A stretch of DNA of 64,000 nucleotides from a virus, in IMG/VR virus record IMGVR_UViG_3300029267_000581, positions 1 to 64,000 of that record, one strand, 5' to 3'. Under the pieces are notes generated by a model. It was not told the origin of the DNA. It saw only the letters and a list, made by a program, of their open reading frames with translations, and searched no databases. The position numbers and the translations under genes are program-made. Shown one piece after another: positions 28,353 through 36,288 of the stretch; positions within the stretch are counted from its first letter, which is position 1, and each line of letters begins with the position of its first letter.

Positions 28353-29369
28353 CTAACCGGTGTGCCCAAATGCGTTACCCTCCCGCTCGTCCAAAACCAA
28401 GCAATCTTCCTTGAAAGTGATCTTGGCGCGAGCCCCTGATGCCAACACCAACCCTGAGTAGTCCGGGGCATGGTGACCGAAAGCGACGTTGCAGAACGCC
28501 GGAATTTGTACTCCAAGCCAGCGCAGGGCGTCTCGAACGAGACCCGCTGTGCTCGGGGGGTCGAAGTCGTATCCTATGCGAGTCATGGTGAGCCTGTCGG
28601 CTATGCCCGGAACAGGGCCAAAGCCGATAGCACCACCACCCTCTGCCACAGCTTCTATGAAAGGAGCCATGTGCGTCAAATCCTCATAGAAGCCGATCCA
28701 ATTCAGATCACCTGCTGGATAGGCGTCCTCGACGAGTAGGAAGCAACGCTGGCTCTTCAGATACCGTAGCGTCAGTTGCCGCACAGGACCGGTTATCTGA
28801 TTGAGTGTCCGTAGGCACATCGGAATGACGGTGTAGGGTTCGCTAGATGGGCGCACGGAGGACACGTTCTGAACGTCCACGAACGCATCCATGCGCTTCT
28901 CGGGGTGTTCAACCCACTCCCGCACACGCTGTAGTCCTTCGATGAGAGCTTCTTGCGATCCCATGAAGTTGACGCCGTAGAAACCCATTGCGAGGGATGA
29001 GATCGTTGCCCACAGGACATACACCGAGGAATCGCTTGCCCCGATGACTATGTTCTCCGTCACACGCTCCTGCGTGATGAGTCCGTTGCACATATGGTGT
29101 GCGATACGCGCCGCGCCTGAACCACCATCAGCGCAGATGATCATTCTCCGATCATCCGAGTCCAGCAACTCCAGGAATTCGTCGGCCAGGTCAGCCGCGT
29201 TCTCTGCATTATCACCACCGTCGGTGACGATAGGAGATGAGTGCGGCTTGATACCGTAGCGTCGGACCTTGCTGCCGAGAGCTGATTTGAACCACGACAC
29301 CCGTTGCTGAAGAGCTATGGGCGACGTTAGACCAGAACCGTGCCAGAGTATGACACCATATTCAGCCAT
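28353..29369 (-). CDS. Peptidase S66 family (LD-carboxypeptidase / MccF-like Ser-His-Glu hydrolase)
   Basis: Compared with E. coli LdcA, the following motifs align. ADGGSGAARI matches RGGYGASRLL. IGASDSSV matches GHSDFTAI (nucleophile Ser). LLVEDAYP matches LVLEDINE (Glu). VAFGHHAP matches LDFGHEQ (His). The start ATG 29369 overlaps the upstream stop by 8 nt. Confidence 0.8.
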   Translation of the reverse strand: MAEYGVILWHGSGLTSPIALQQRVSWFKSALGSKVRRYGIKPHSSPIVTDGGDNAENAADLADEFLELLDSDDRRMIICADGGSGAARIAHHMCNGLITQERVTENIVIGASDSSVYVLWATISSLAMGFYGVNFMGSQEALIEGLQRVREWVEHPEKRMDAFVDVQNVSSVRPSSEPYTVIPMCLRTLNQITGPVRQLTLRYLKSQRCFLLVEDAYPAGDLNWIGFYEDLTHMAPFIEAVAEGGGAIGFGPVPGIADRLTMTRIGYDFDPPSTAGLVRDALRWLGVQIPAFCNVAFGHHAPDYSGLVLASGARAKITFKEDCLVLDEREGNAFGHTG

Positions 29370-30048
29370 CGAGTGCCGCCTCTCTGGCGCGACACTCGTA
29401 ACACACACCGCAAGCTGGGTATATGTCACAGCTATGGGTCATGCTCATATCGACATCGTGGTGACGCCCGAGGGCAACCACGTCTTCCTTGGTAAGCTCG
29501 TTCAGAGGTGCAAGAAACATAGGAGCGCCACGCCCCCATATGGCCTGCCTCTCCGCGTTGAGGTAGTCGGTGAAGTACGCGCAGCAGTCGAGAAGCGTGT
29601 CTGATCTGCTTACGATCACTTCACCGTCTGGATTGTGCTGTTGGAACCCGGTAAGGACTCTTGAGCACCCACGCCGTACCGCCAAAGCCCCAAGCACGAT
29701 CCAGATGATCGTGTAGAGCCCTGGTGCGTAGTCGTCCCAGAGGGTGTCCTGTTTCTGCGCCAAGCCTTCGTCCCCAAGGGAGTCGACAGCACGCTTCTTC
29801 CGGTCACCCTTTTTGTCGAAGATCCGGCACCCCTCGGTAACTACAGAAGGTAGCTGCATCGGGATGACAGTCCAACGAACACCGAGACGCTCCGCATGAA
29901 ACTTCATGGCCTCGATTGCTACTTTCGAGGTCTTTGTCCCCAGGTCGACATGGGCAAGCTCTACTGAGTCAGCCCCCTCGGAATCCACCGTATCGTATGC
30001 AAGGACGGTCGAGTCCAGACCGCCACTGTACGCAATGATAGATTTCAT
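29362..30048 (-). CDS. Divergent QueC-family PP-loop ATPase (QueC-like 1)
   Basis: N-terminal MKSIIAYSGGLDSTVLAY PP-loop and a C-terminal Cys cluster SCDIYPACGVCYECR as in QueC. The P-x-RN and PDC motifs seen in the other two copies are replaced by APGLY and LDCC. Confidence 0.7.
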   Translation of the reverse strand: MKSIIAYSGGLDSTVLAYDTVDSEGADSVELAHVDLGTKTSKVAIEAMKFHAERLGVRWTVIPMQLPSVVTEGCRIFDKKGDRKKRAVDSLGDEGLAQKQDTLWDDYAPGLYTIIWIVLGALAVRRGCSRVLTGFQQHNPDGEVIVSRSDTLLDCCAYFTDYLNAERQAIWGRGAPMFLAPLNELTKEDVVALGRHHDVDMSMTHSCDIYPACGVCYECRAREAALDG

Positions 30049-31310
30049 CAGTCCCCTGCCTTCTTCGCACGTTTCGTCGCAGCCTTGGCTCTCGCGGCCT
30101 CGGCCTCGGCTGCCCTTCGGAGCTGTTCACGCCGCGCTTTCGCTTGCTCCATACGAGCCTCAACTTTATGAACGCCGCGTTCTGCTGCGGCTTGGACCGG
30201 CTGGACGGTTCGTTGCATGGCCCCCTGTTGGGCCACGCCAGCGTTCATCACGCCACTTGCCATCATAGCGCCGGATTGAGATGCTTGTTCAAGACCGTGT
30301 AACATCAGAGCCGCCCCACGCATGGAGGTTGTGGCGATACCGCCTATCCTGACGATTGCGCCCTTACCGCGAACGATGGGGATACTCTTGCCTCCGATCT
30401 TGATCGAACTCCGATCACCCGGTTGCTTCAAGCCTGTGACGGCTTCCTTGAGATCGCTGCCTATCTGGTTGAGCTTCTCTTTCACACCGGGTTCTGCCTT
30501 GGCGATGTACTCGTCAATGACCTTCTGATCGGCTGCGGCCTCTTCCTCCGCCAGCTCCTTCTTCTTTTGCTCAGACTGTTCCGGTAGATCCGGGGCGTCG
30601 AGCATAGAAGGCTTCTTGTCCTTGCCCCCAGCTTTATGTTCCATCTTGAACGTGCCAGGGGCTCCGGGCTTCGCGGCGGCGGCCAACTGCTTCGCTGTCT
30701 TCTTGTACTTCTCTTGCTCCTCGGGTGACATACCCTTTGGCATCTTCACCCCAGGATCGTCCTGCCGGTCTTTCTTCTTCTGGTGACGCTGAAAGACCTT
30801 GCCTCCACGATGAACCTCAACAAGCTCCTCGTGCAAAGCCGATGGGCCAGACGGAGCTTTCGCCGCAGCCGCCTGTTCGGCCTTCTTCTTTGCGATGTAC
30901 TCGGAGACATCGCGGCGAGCCTTGTTGAGCGTAAAGATGCGTACTGTTTCCATCTCACCTTGCCCTTTCGGCCAATCCGGCCAGTCTTTCGGGTAGAGCT
31001 GCGAAACCTTACCCGTCCTGCTCAAGCCGGATGGTGTCCAGGTACACAGGCAGTTGGGATGAGGTAGAACGTGTTTCCACCGCAAGATGGTCTTGATGAG
31101 GTGCTTCCTGTTGTTCAATCGTTCACAGATCGGACAGCAGGCGGGGTTGGCGTCGAAATAAGCATGCTTATACCCCTTGTCGTACCCGGCTTGGAGACGC
31201 GCCCGCACCTCTGGATCACGGTCCCGGACCACAGAAGGATGGTCCGTGCCCCGATTCCCGACGCCTGGACGCCACCCTACAGGCAGCTTCCTTTGTCTTT
31301 TCTTCGGCAT
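30048..31310 (-). CDS. MuF/SPP1 gp7-like minor head protein remnant fused to a long Lys/Ala/Glu-rich tail
   Basis: PACCPICERLNNRK...HVLPHPNCLCTW matches the CxxC...HPNC.C knuckle at the end of the MuF domain. It sits at residues 55-95, so most of a canonical MuF domain is absent. Confidence 0.6.
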   Translation of the reverse strand: MPKKRQRKLPVGWRPGVGNRGTDHPSVVRDRDPEVRARLQAGYDKGYKHAYFDANPACCPICERLNNRKHLIKTILRWKHVLPHPNCLCTWTPSGLSRTGKVSQLYPKDWPDWPKGQGEMETVRIFTLNKARRDVSEYIAKKKAEQAAAAKAPSGPSALHEELVEVHRGGKVFQRHQKKKDRQDDPGVKMPKGMSPEEQEKYKKTAKQLAAAAKPGAPGTFKMEHKAGGKDKKPSMLDAPDLPEQSEQKKKELAEEEAAADQKVIDEYIAKAEPGVKEKLNQIGSDLKEAVTGLKQPGDRSSIKIGGKSIPIVRGKGAIVRIGGIATTSMRGAALMLHGLEQASQSGAMMASGVMNAGVAQQGAMQRTVQPVQAAAERGVHKVEARMEQAKARREQLRRAAEAEAARAKAATKRAKKAGD

Positions 31311-31320
31311 TGCACCTCCA

Positions 31321-31370
31321 AGGTATACTAATATGTATCCATAACTGCTACCTCGGAAACTTTTTTAGCC
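31321..31370 (-). promoter_or_regulatory. Copy P2 of the conserved promoter-like element (AAAAAAGTTTCCG-N13-GGATACATA ... GGAGGTGCAATG)
   Basis: Lies in the 100-nt AT-rich gap upstream of the MuF-like gene. It has the same GTTTCCG-N13-GGA(TA)CATA architecture as P1, P3 and P4. Confidence 0.5.
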
Positions 31371-31410
31371 AAAAAAATTCCCCTGTAAGATCAAGCAGTT
31401 ACCGATAATA

Positions 31411-32046
31411 TCAGTCGTCCTTGTGACACCCTTCGCACTCTCCACACGGGGAACCGTCGGAAAGAGGGGTGTAGCACCGTGAGAGGGCGTCGACAGGAAC
31501 CCCGAGGTCTTGTGCGAGAGTCCTGATCTGTGACCGATCAAGGTCGATCAGAGGTGTGAGCAACTCAGGCCCATCGGAGTCATCAGCGAATGCCTTGTTG
31601 TTGGCGGTGTAGATCCGACGCATCTCCCTGGCCCACTCAGGGCGACAGTCAGGGAAGGCAGGAGCGTCGGAGGCGGTGACGCCGATACAGACATCAGCAT
31701 CGACCTGTACGGCGTACTGGTAGGCGAACGAGCAGAGGATGGTGTTTCGCCCAGGAATGTAGCCCTTTGCGAGGTCTGAGTCGAGAGGAGCCACAGGACC
31801 GTCGCACGGAGGGAAGGGCGGGATGGTGACACGCCGGAGACGTTCGTGCCAGTTGGTCATGTTGATCTTCTTGAGCAGATACACGGCGACCGACAGCTCC
31901 TCGCTGGCTGCCTTGTTGTCGCCGAACTGGACGTACATGGGATAGATCTCGATGCCGTCCTTCGCCAGTTGGTAGAGCAGGACAGCGGAGTCGAGTCCCC
32001 CAGAAAGGAGCAGTACGACCTTGGGATGTTCTTTCGGATCGAGCAT
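31411..32046 (-). CDS. queC: 7-cyano-7-deazaguanine synthase family (QueC, copy 2)
   Basis: Carries LLLSGGLDSAVL, YIPGRN, AFPDCRPEW and CY...CGECEGC, the canonical QueC landmarks. Confidence 0.85.
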   Translation of the reverse strand: MLDPKEHPKVVLLLSGGLDSAVLLYQLAKDGIEIYPMYVQFGDNKAASEELSVAVYLLKKINMTNWHERLRRVTIPPFPPCDGPVAPLDSDLAKGYIPGRNTILCSFAYQYAVQVDADVCIGVTASDAPAFPDCRPEWAREMRRIYTANNKAFADDSDGPELLTPLIDLDRSQIRTLAQDLGVPVDALSRCYTPLSDGSPCGECEGCHKDD

Positions 32047-32750
32047 CAGAAACCTCCTCCGAGGGTGAGCCCCGCCGCCTTGCGGATCTTACAGGGTTCA
32101 CACTCTCCACAGGGCTGCTGCTTCCCGTGTACTTCCTTGGGGAAGTAGCAAGCCCAGGTGTTGTACGACGGAACATCAAGCCGCTCTGCCTCCTCCGCGA
32201 TCTGTGGTTTGATCAGGCTCACTAGAGGTGCGTACAGCTTGACAGGAAACTCATCATTGCCCCGAGCCGAGTCCTCCAGGTCGAAGACCTTTTGCATGGC
32301 GTCCACCCACGCCTGCGTGCAGTCAGGAAAGCTGGTCCTGTCCTGCATACGCGCCGACGAGTTGATGCCGATCCCTATCAGATCAGCCTTGATGAGCCTG
32401 GCATGGTAGTACCCAATCGTGGCGAAGACCGAGTTACGCATAGGAACGAGAGCCGGTGAAAAACCGTCGCCGTATTTGGCTGCGGCCCCACCGGTCAGGA
32501 AGTGATCGGGCAGAGAGACACTGGCCTGTTTGAATCCGAGGAACCTATGTTGGCAATCGGACTCGACCCTCCGAATGTGTCGCGCCACCTCGCGAACGCA
32601 GGACAGCTCGCCTTGGAACCCGAGCTGCCCATAGTCGAAGAACAGTGCTCCGACCTCGTAGTCACAAAACTCCTGCTCTTTCAGGAGCTTGTATAGAGTG
32701 GTCGTCGAGTCTATGCCGCCACTCCACAGAACCAAGGCTCTACGCATCAT
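32046..32750 (-). CDS. queC: 7-cyano-7-deazaguanine synthase family (QueC, copy 3)
   Basis: Carries LVLWSGGIDSTT, LVPMRN, SFPDCTQAW and WACY...CGECEPCKIR. It has a 1-nt stop/start overlap with copy 2. Confidence 0.85.
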   Translation of the reverse strand: MMRRALVLWSGGIDSTTTLYKLLKEQEFCDYEVGALFFDYGQLGFQGELSCVREVARHIRRVESDCQHRFLGFKQASVSLPDHFLTGGAAAKYGDGFSPALVPMRNSVFATIGYYHARLIKADLIGIGINSSARMQDRTSFPDCTQAWVDAMQKVFDLEDSARGNDEFPVKLYAPLVSLIKPQIAEEAERLDVPSYNTWACYFPKEVHGKQQPCGECEPCKIRKAAGLTLGGGF

Positions 32751-33007
32751 CTACCCTTCCACGGCGTGTGGGCAACCTGGATCATACCACGCCCACGGGG
32801 GCGCTTCAGCACCAGCTTGAAGTTTGTCAGTTGAAGCGTTGCCAACGGGATACCCGTCACGATTGACACCGCCTCCTCCAGCGGCATGATGGGCTCTGTC
32901 AGCTTCATCTTGCCGTCTACACGACGCGGCTTGCCACCGTGTAGATCGTTGATTTTCGCCTGTTGCTCAGGCGTGACCTCTATCTCGGTCACCATGTTGT
33001 ACGGCAT
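32747..33007 (-). CDS. Hypothetical protein
   Basis: 86-aa ORF with an ATGA overlap onto QueC copy 3. Confidence 0.55.
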   Translation of the reverse strand: MPYNMVTEIEVTPEQQAKINDLHGGKPRRVDGKMKLTEPIMPLEEAVSIVTGIPLATLQLTNFKLVLKRPRGRGMIQVAHTPWKGR

Positions 33008-33158
33008 TTGTCCAATCTCCTGCTCGGTTGGGGTACAAAAAATATGTGTACGGGCAGGGGAATTCTTTTTCGAGAATCCGGCCCTAGCCAGGGTACTCTG
33101 GAGGGTATGCCGAGGAAGAAATAGCGACCTATAGCCATCAATTTCTTGACAGCAATCG

Positions 33159-33404
33159 CTACTTCTCGCCGTCGGCCTTACCCTTCTTCTGAGCCTTCCG
33201 CTGCGTAGGAGTCATCCCATACGCGGCGAGATGCACAGCCCCACAGAAAGCCTTGGGGTCGCCTGCGAACTTGGACGCCTTCTTGACGCACCATGTGAAC
33301 GGGTGGTCCCCACCTTCGGAGCGCATCTTCTTGGCCCAGCCCTGAATTGCGGGGTCGGATGTGTTCGCTTTGAAGAGACGAACCTGCCCCTCGGTAGCGT
33401 CGAG
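33159..33404 (-). other. 81 in-frame sense codons directly after the TGA of the 309-aa gene. This is a candidate read-through extension, or else a 55-aa gene from the ATG at 33326
   Basis: My own translation of this frame is LDATEGQVRLFKANTSDPAIQGWAKKMRSEGGDHPFTWCVKKASKFAGDPKAFCGAVHLAAYGMTPTQRKAQKKGKADGEK*. The 26 codons before the only ATG are GC3-rich and protein-like, and none of them is ATG, GTG or TTG. Confidence 0.4.
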
Positions 33405-34334
33405 TCAGGAGTGCCCTTTACGGGCGGCCCGTCTATCCCTGTTGTGCTGTCTGACCATCGAAACGAGGGCTTCCTGAGCCTCGGAAGCAGTCTTGACCGT
33501 CTTGCGCCAGGGCTTTGAGGAGTGCGAGATTGTGTACCCACGGTCGTCACGGGTTACCGTCACACCTTGCAGCTTGACGGTAGAACCGGATTTCATCGTG
33601 GCAATGCTCTTCAGCTTGGCCTGGTTGCGTGATGAACTTTCGTTGAGCTTGTCTGCTCCGCTCTTCAGGCTTGACGTTCTGAGAGAGGGCAGATCCAAAG
33701 GAGCGTCCTCTCTTGGCTTGCGGGCCTCTTCGATCATGCGCTTACGTGCGGCCATACCGGAGCCGGGTTCTGGGTCAGCACGGACGAGAACCGTCTGGCG
33801 CTTCCCTGCCTTGTTGGTGATGACCTTTTTGATGAGAGGTCCTTTCATCAGCAAGGCGTCTGCCTGATCGGAGAGAGATCGGAGGTCGTGCCCTTTCCTC
33901 GCCACACCACCTGGAGAATCCTTTGCACGCACGACAGAAGCAGTAGGCTTCGACCGGGCCTTTTCGGCGGCAAGTCGCTTCTTCACAGAGTCCATCATGT
34001 GACGGTGCGACTCGTGAAGGTGGTACGTGGACGCCATTGAAGCCTGCTGCATGGCGTCAAGATCACCAGACTTCGCCGCCGCAGCGTAGGCGTCGTTGTG
34101 TTTGAGATGCTCTTTGTGGTGGTAGTCAGCCGTAGCCGCGTGCTCCTCGGGAGAGGTTCCCGGACGGATCTTGCCGCTCACGCGACGCGGACCACCGTAG
34201 CGACTGTGCGTCATGGTGAGTTCCGCGCCACTGACCTGATGGGGGGCATCCTGTGTACCGGCCCTCACGTAGACAGTTTGCCGTTTTCCGGCCTTGTTTG
34301 TGATGACCTTTTTCTGAAGGTGCGAACGGTCCAT
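33405..34334 (-). CDS. Basic head-module protein with an internal duplicated motif KKVITNKAGKRQTV(Y/L)VRA
   Basis: 309-aa ORF. The motif occurs at aa 8-25 and aa 169-186. Confidence 0.65.
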   Translation of the reverse strand: MDRSHLQKKVITNKAGKRQTVYVRAGTQDAPHQVSGAELTMTHSRYGGPRRVSGKIRPGTSPEEHAATADYHHKEHLKHNDAYAAAAKSGDLDAMQQASMASTYHLHESHRHMMDSVKKRLAAEKARSKPTASVVRAKDSPGGVARKGHDLRSLSDQADALLMKGPLIKKVITNKAGKRQTVLVRADPEPGSGMAARKRMIEEARKPREDAPLDLPSLRTSSLKSGADKLNESSSRNQAKLKSIATMKSGSTVKLQGVTVTRDDRGYTISHSSKPWRKTVKTASEAQEALVSMVRQHNRDRRAARKGHS

Positions 34335-36247
34335 CAGAGTTCCTCCTCATACCCGAGGGCTTTGAGCATGGCGAACTCACCATCGTCGATGACGTTGCTC
34401 TTGAGGCGGATACCGTACTCGAAGTGGAACTGCGCGGCCTGGTTCATGGCCGCGCGTGCATCCTTGACGATCTTGGTGTGACCGCCGTCGTGCGGACAGT
34501 ACACCCTGAACTGGCCTGCGGGAGTCTTGGTGACCGTGGACCCGAGGATGTCGATGCCAGCGGTCTTGGACGGTGACAGAGCGTTGAGCTTGTCTTCCTG
34601 CTCAGTCATGAGAGGCCGACGGGTATCCGGCGGCTCCGCACCCTTCCCTCTCATGGCTTTCTTCGCAGCCTCCAGCTCCATCGGAGTGAAGCCGTCTGCG
34701 GAGGGTCCTGAGATCTTACCAGGCGCTCGCGGTGCGTCAGGAGCGGAGGGACCAGGCCCCTTCGACGGAGCAGCCTTGACCTTCCGCGCCTTCGGACCCT
34801 TGCTGTTCGGCGGTGTCGCCATGGACGGGGCGGAAGGTCCACCCATGCTCATCGGCGGGTTGTCCATCTGCCACGCATACGGACCTCCCATGTCCTTCGG
34901 AGCAGGAGCGACGTCCTTCTCGGTGGGGCCGCCCGAGGCGAAGCCGGGCAGACCGTAGCTCTTGAAGAGCGCGTCGGCCTGGTCCGCAAGCTCCTCGTAG
35001 CCCTTGCGCGTGAGAGAACAGTTGTCGATGACGTTGCCGCCCTTCTTCAGCTCACGGGCGCAGTCCTCACAGTACAGACCTTCGGTGTTGCCCTTGAAGG
35101 TCAGCTTCTTCGTTGCACGGGACTTACAGCCCTCGGTCTGACAGGCACCTTCCAGGTTCTCCTTGACCGTCGGAGCCATCGCGGCACCAGCCGCCTTCTC
35201 CATCTTGGGCAGGTCGTCGAAGTGGATCGCCGCCATGACCGCAGACGGATCACCACTGAATCCGGCGATGATGTCGTGCGCCTTCCTGAGATCGGTCTCG
35301 GCGTAGCACTCGGCGATGGCTTGGAGAGCCAACATGGGAGCCTGCCTGACGGTCGACTCACCGCCGAGACGGTCGAGCATCGAGACGTCCTGGGGGTTGT
35401 GACCCTTCTGCAAGGCGACATCGTTGATGGGGGCGAAGGTGCGGAGGAACTCGATCCAGTTGTCCGTATTGCACGCCATGTCGGCGGCCACACGCTGCGC
35501 GACGTCCCGCTTGAAGTACGCCTCTTGCAGCATGGGGATACCGGACTTCTGCATCTCCAGCGCGTAGGCTGGGGACATCTTGCTGATCTGAACCAGATCG
35601 ACGTAGCCGTTGGGGACAGTGCCGAATCGTCGGTACATATCCAGTGCGCTCGGATCGCGCGGAACGAAGTGCTCGATGTTGGGCCTGTCCTCGGGAGCGA
35701 GGGACTTGTGCAGGTCCATGGTGACCGCCCTCTCCAGGTACGGGAGAACGGCAGCCGCCGAAACACCCTCGGGAGAGCTGATGTTGATGCCACCGGACAC
35801 CTTGTTGGTCGGTGCCTCTGAGGGTTCCGGTGTAGGCTTGGGGACGTTGCCCGCCTCGTACAAGGAAAGCTCCTCGTCCATGGCATCACGGACAGCCTGA
35901 CGCGCGGCCTCCTCAGAGATGGCGTCGATGCCCTTGAGGACGTTGGGGTTGGCCCCTGCGAGACCGTGGAGCTGATCGAAGATCGCCTGGCTGGCACAGC
36001 GAACGACCTCGTTCTTGAATGCCTGGCTGGCCTTGGCCCAGAAGTGCCGCTTGTCGCCGTCGTTGAAGTACCGCTGACCTTCCTGGGTGCGGTACTTGGA
36101 CCACATATACTGGTCCTTGATCGCGTGTCGTGCAGCCCCCTTGAGAAGCGACGCCACGAACCGACGTGCCTGATCGGGGGTGAGGCTCGGCGCGTCGATC
36201 TGCGCCTTGAGGCGCGGCGCGAGCCCGCTGTTGTAGATCGAAAACAT
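34334..36247 (-). CDS. Large head-module protein following the portal (internal/minor head protein candidate)
   Basis: 637-aa ORF. It has a Pro/Gly/Ala-rich linker and shares an (A/S)DQADAL segment with the 309-aa protein. Confidence 0.6.
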   Translation of the reverse strand: MFSIYNSGLAPRLKAQIDAPSLTPDQARRFVASLLKGAARHAIKDQYMWSKYRTQEGQRYFNDGDKRHFWAKASQAFKNEVVRCASQAIFDQLHGLAGANPNVLKGIDAISEEAARQAVRDAMDEELSLYEAGNVPKPTPEPSEAPTNKVSGGINISSPEGVSAAAVLPYLERAVTMDLHKSLAPEDRPNIEHFVPRDPSALDMYRRFGTVPNGYVDLVQISKMSPAYALEMQKSGIPMLQEAYFKRDVAQRVAADMACNTDNWIEFLRTFAPINDVALQKGHNPQDVSMLDRLGGESTVRQAPMLALQAIAECYAETDLRKAHDIIAGFSGDPSAVMAAIHFDDLPKMEKAAGAAMAPTVKENLEGACQTEGCKSRATKKLTFKGNTEGLYCEDCARELKKGGNVIDNCSLTRKGYEELADQADALFKSYGLPGFASGGPTEKDVAPAPKDMGGPYAWQMDNPPMSMGGPSAPSMATPPNSKGPKARKVKAAPSKGPGPSAPDAPRAPGKISGPSADGFTPMELEAAKKAMRGKGAEPPDTRRPLMTEQEDKLNALSPSKTAGIDILGSTVTKTPAGQFRVYCPHDGGHTKIVKDARAAMNQAAQFHFEYGIRLKSNVIDDGEFAMLKALGYEEEL

Positions 36248-36288
36248 TTGCTTCCTCCAGAGATTGCGGCCCCTCGATGAAGTTGCTG

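Noticed and set aside
28343-28516. N-terminal 58 codons of the 1465-aa ORF
   Set aside because: They overlap the 3' end of the S66 gene, which has clear family motifs up to its stop. The translation (MEYKFRRSATSLSVTMPRTTQGWCW...) looks non-genuine, so the start was moved downstream.
33212-33550. Minus-strand 112-aa Arg-rich ORF and plus-strand ORF 33231-33518 in the gap after the 309-aa gene
   Set aside because: Both have junk composition. The third minus frame, in phase with the upstream TGA, gives a far more protein-like translation, which I report as a read-through candidate.
35101-35997. Minus-strand 298-aa alternative frame inside the 637-aa gene
   Set aside because: It is Pro/Arg/Ser-rich junk overlapping a frame with normal composition.
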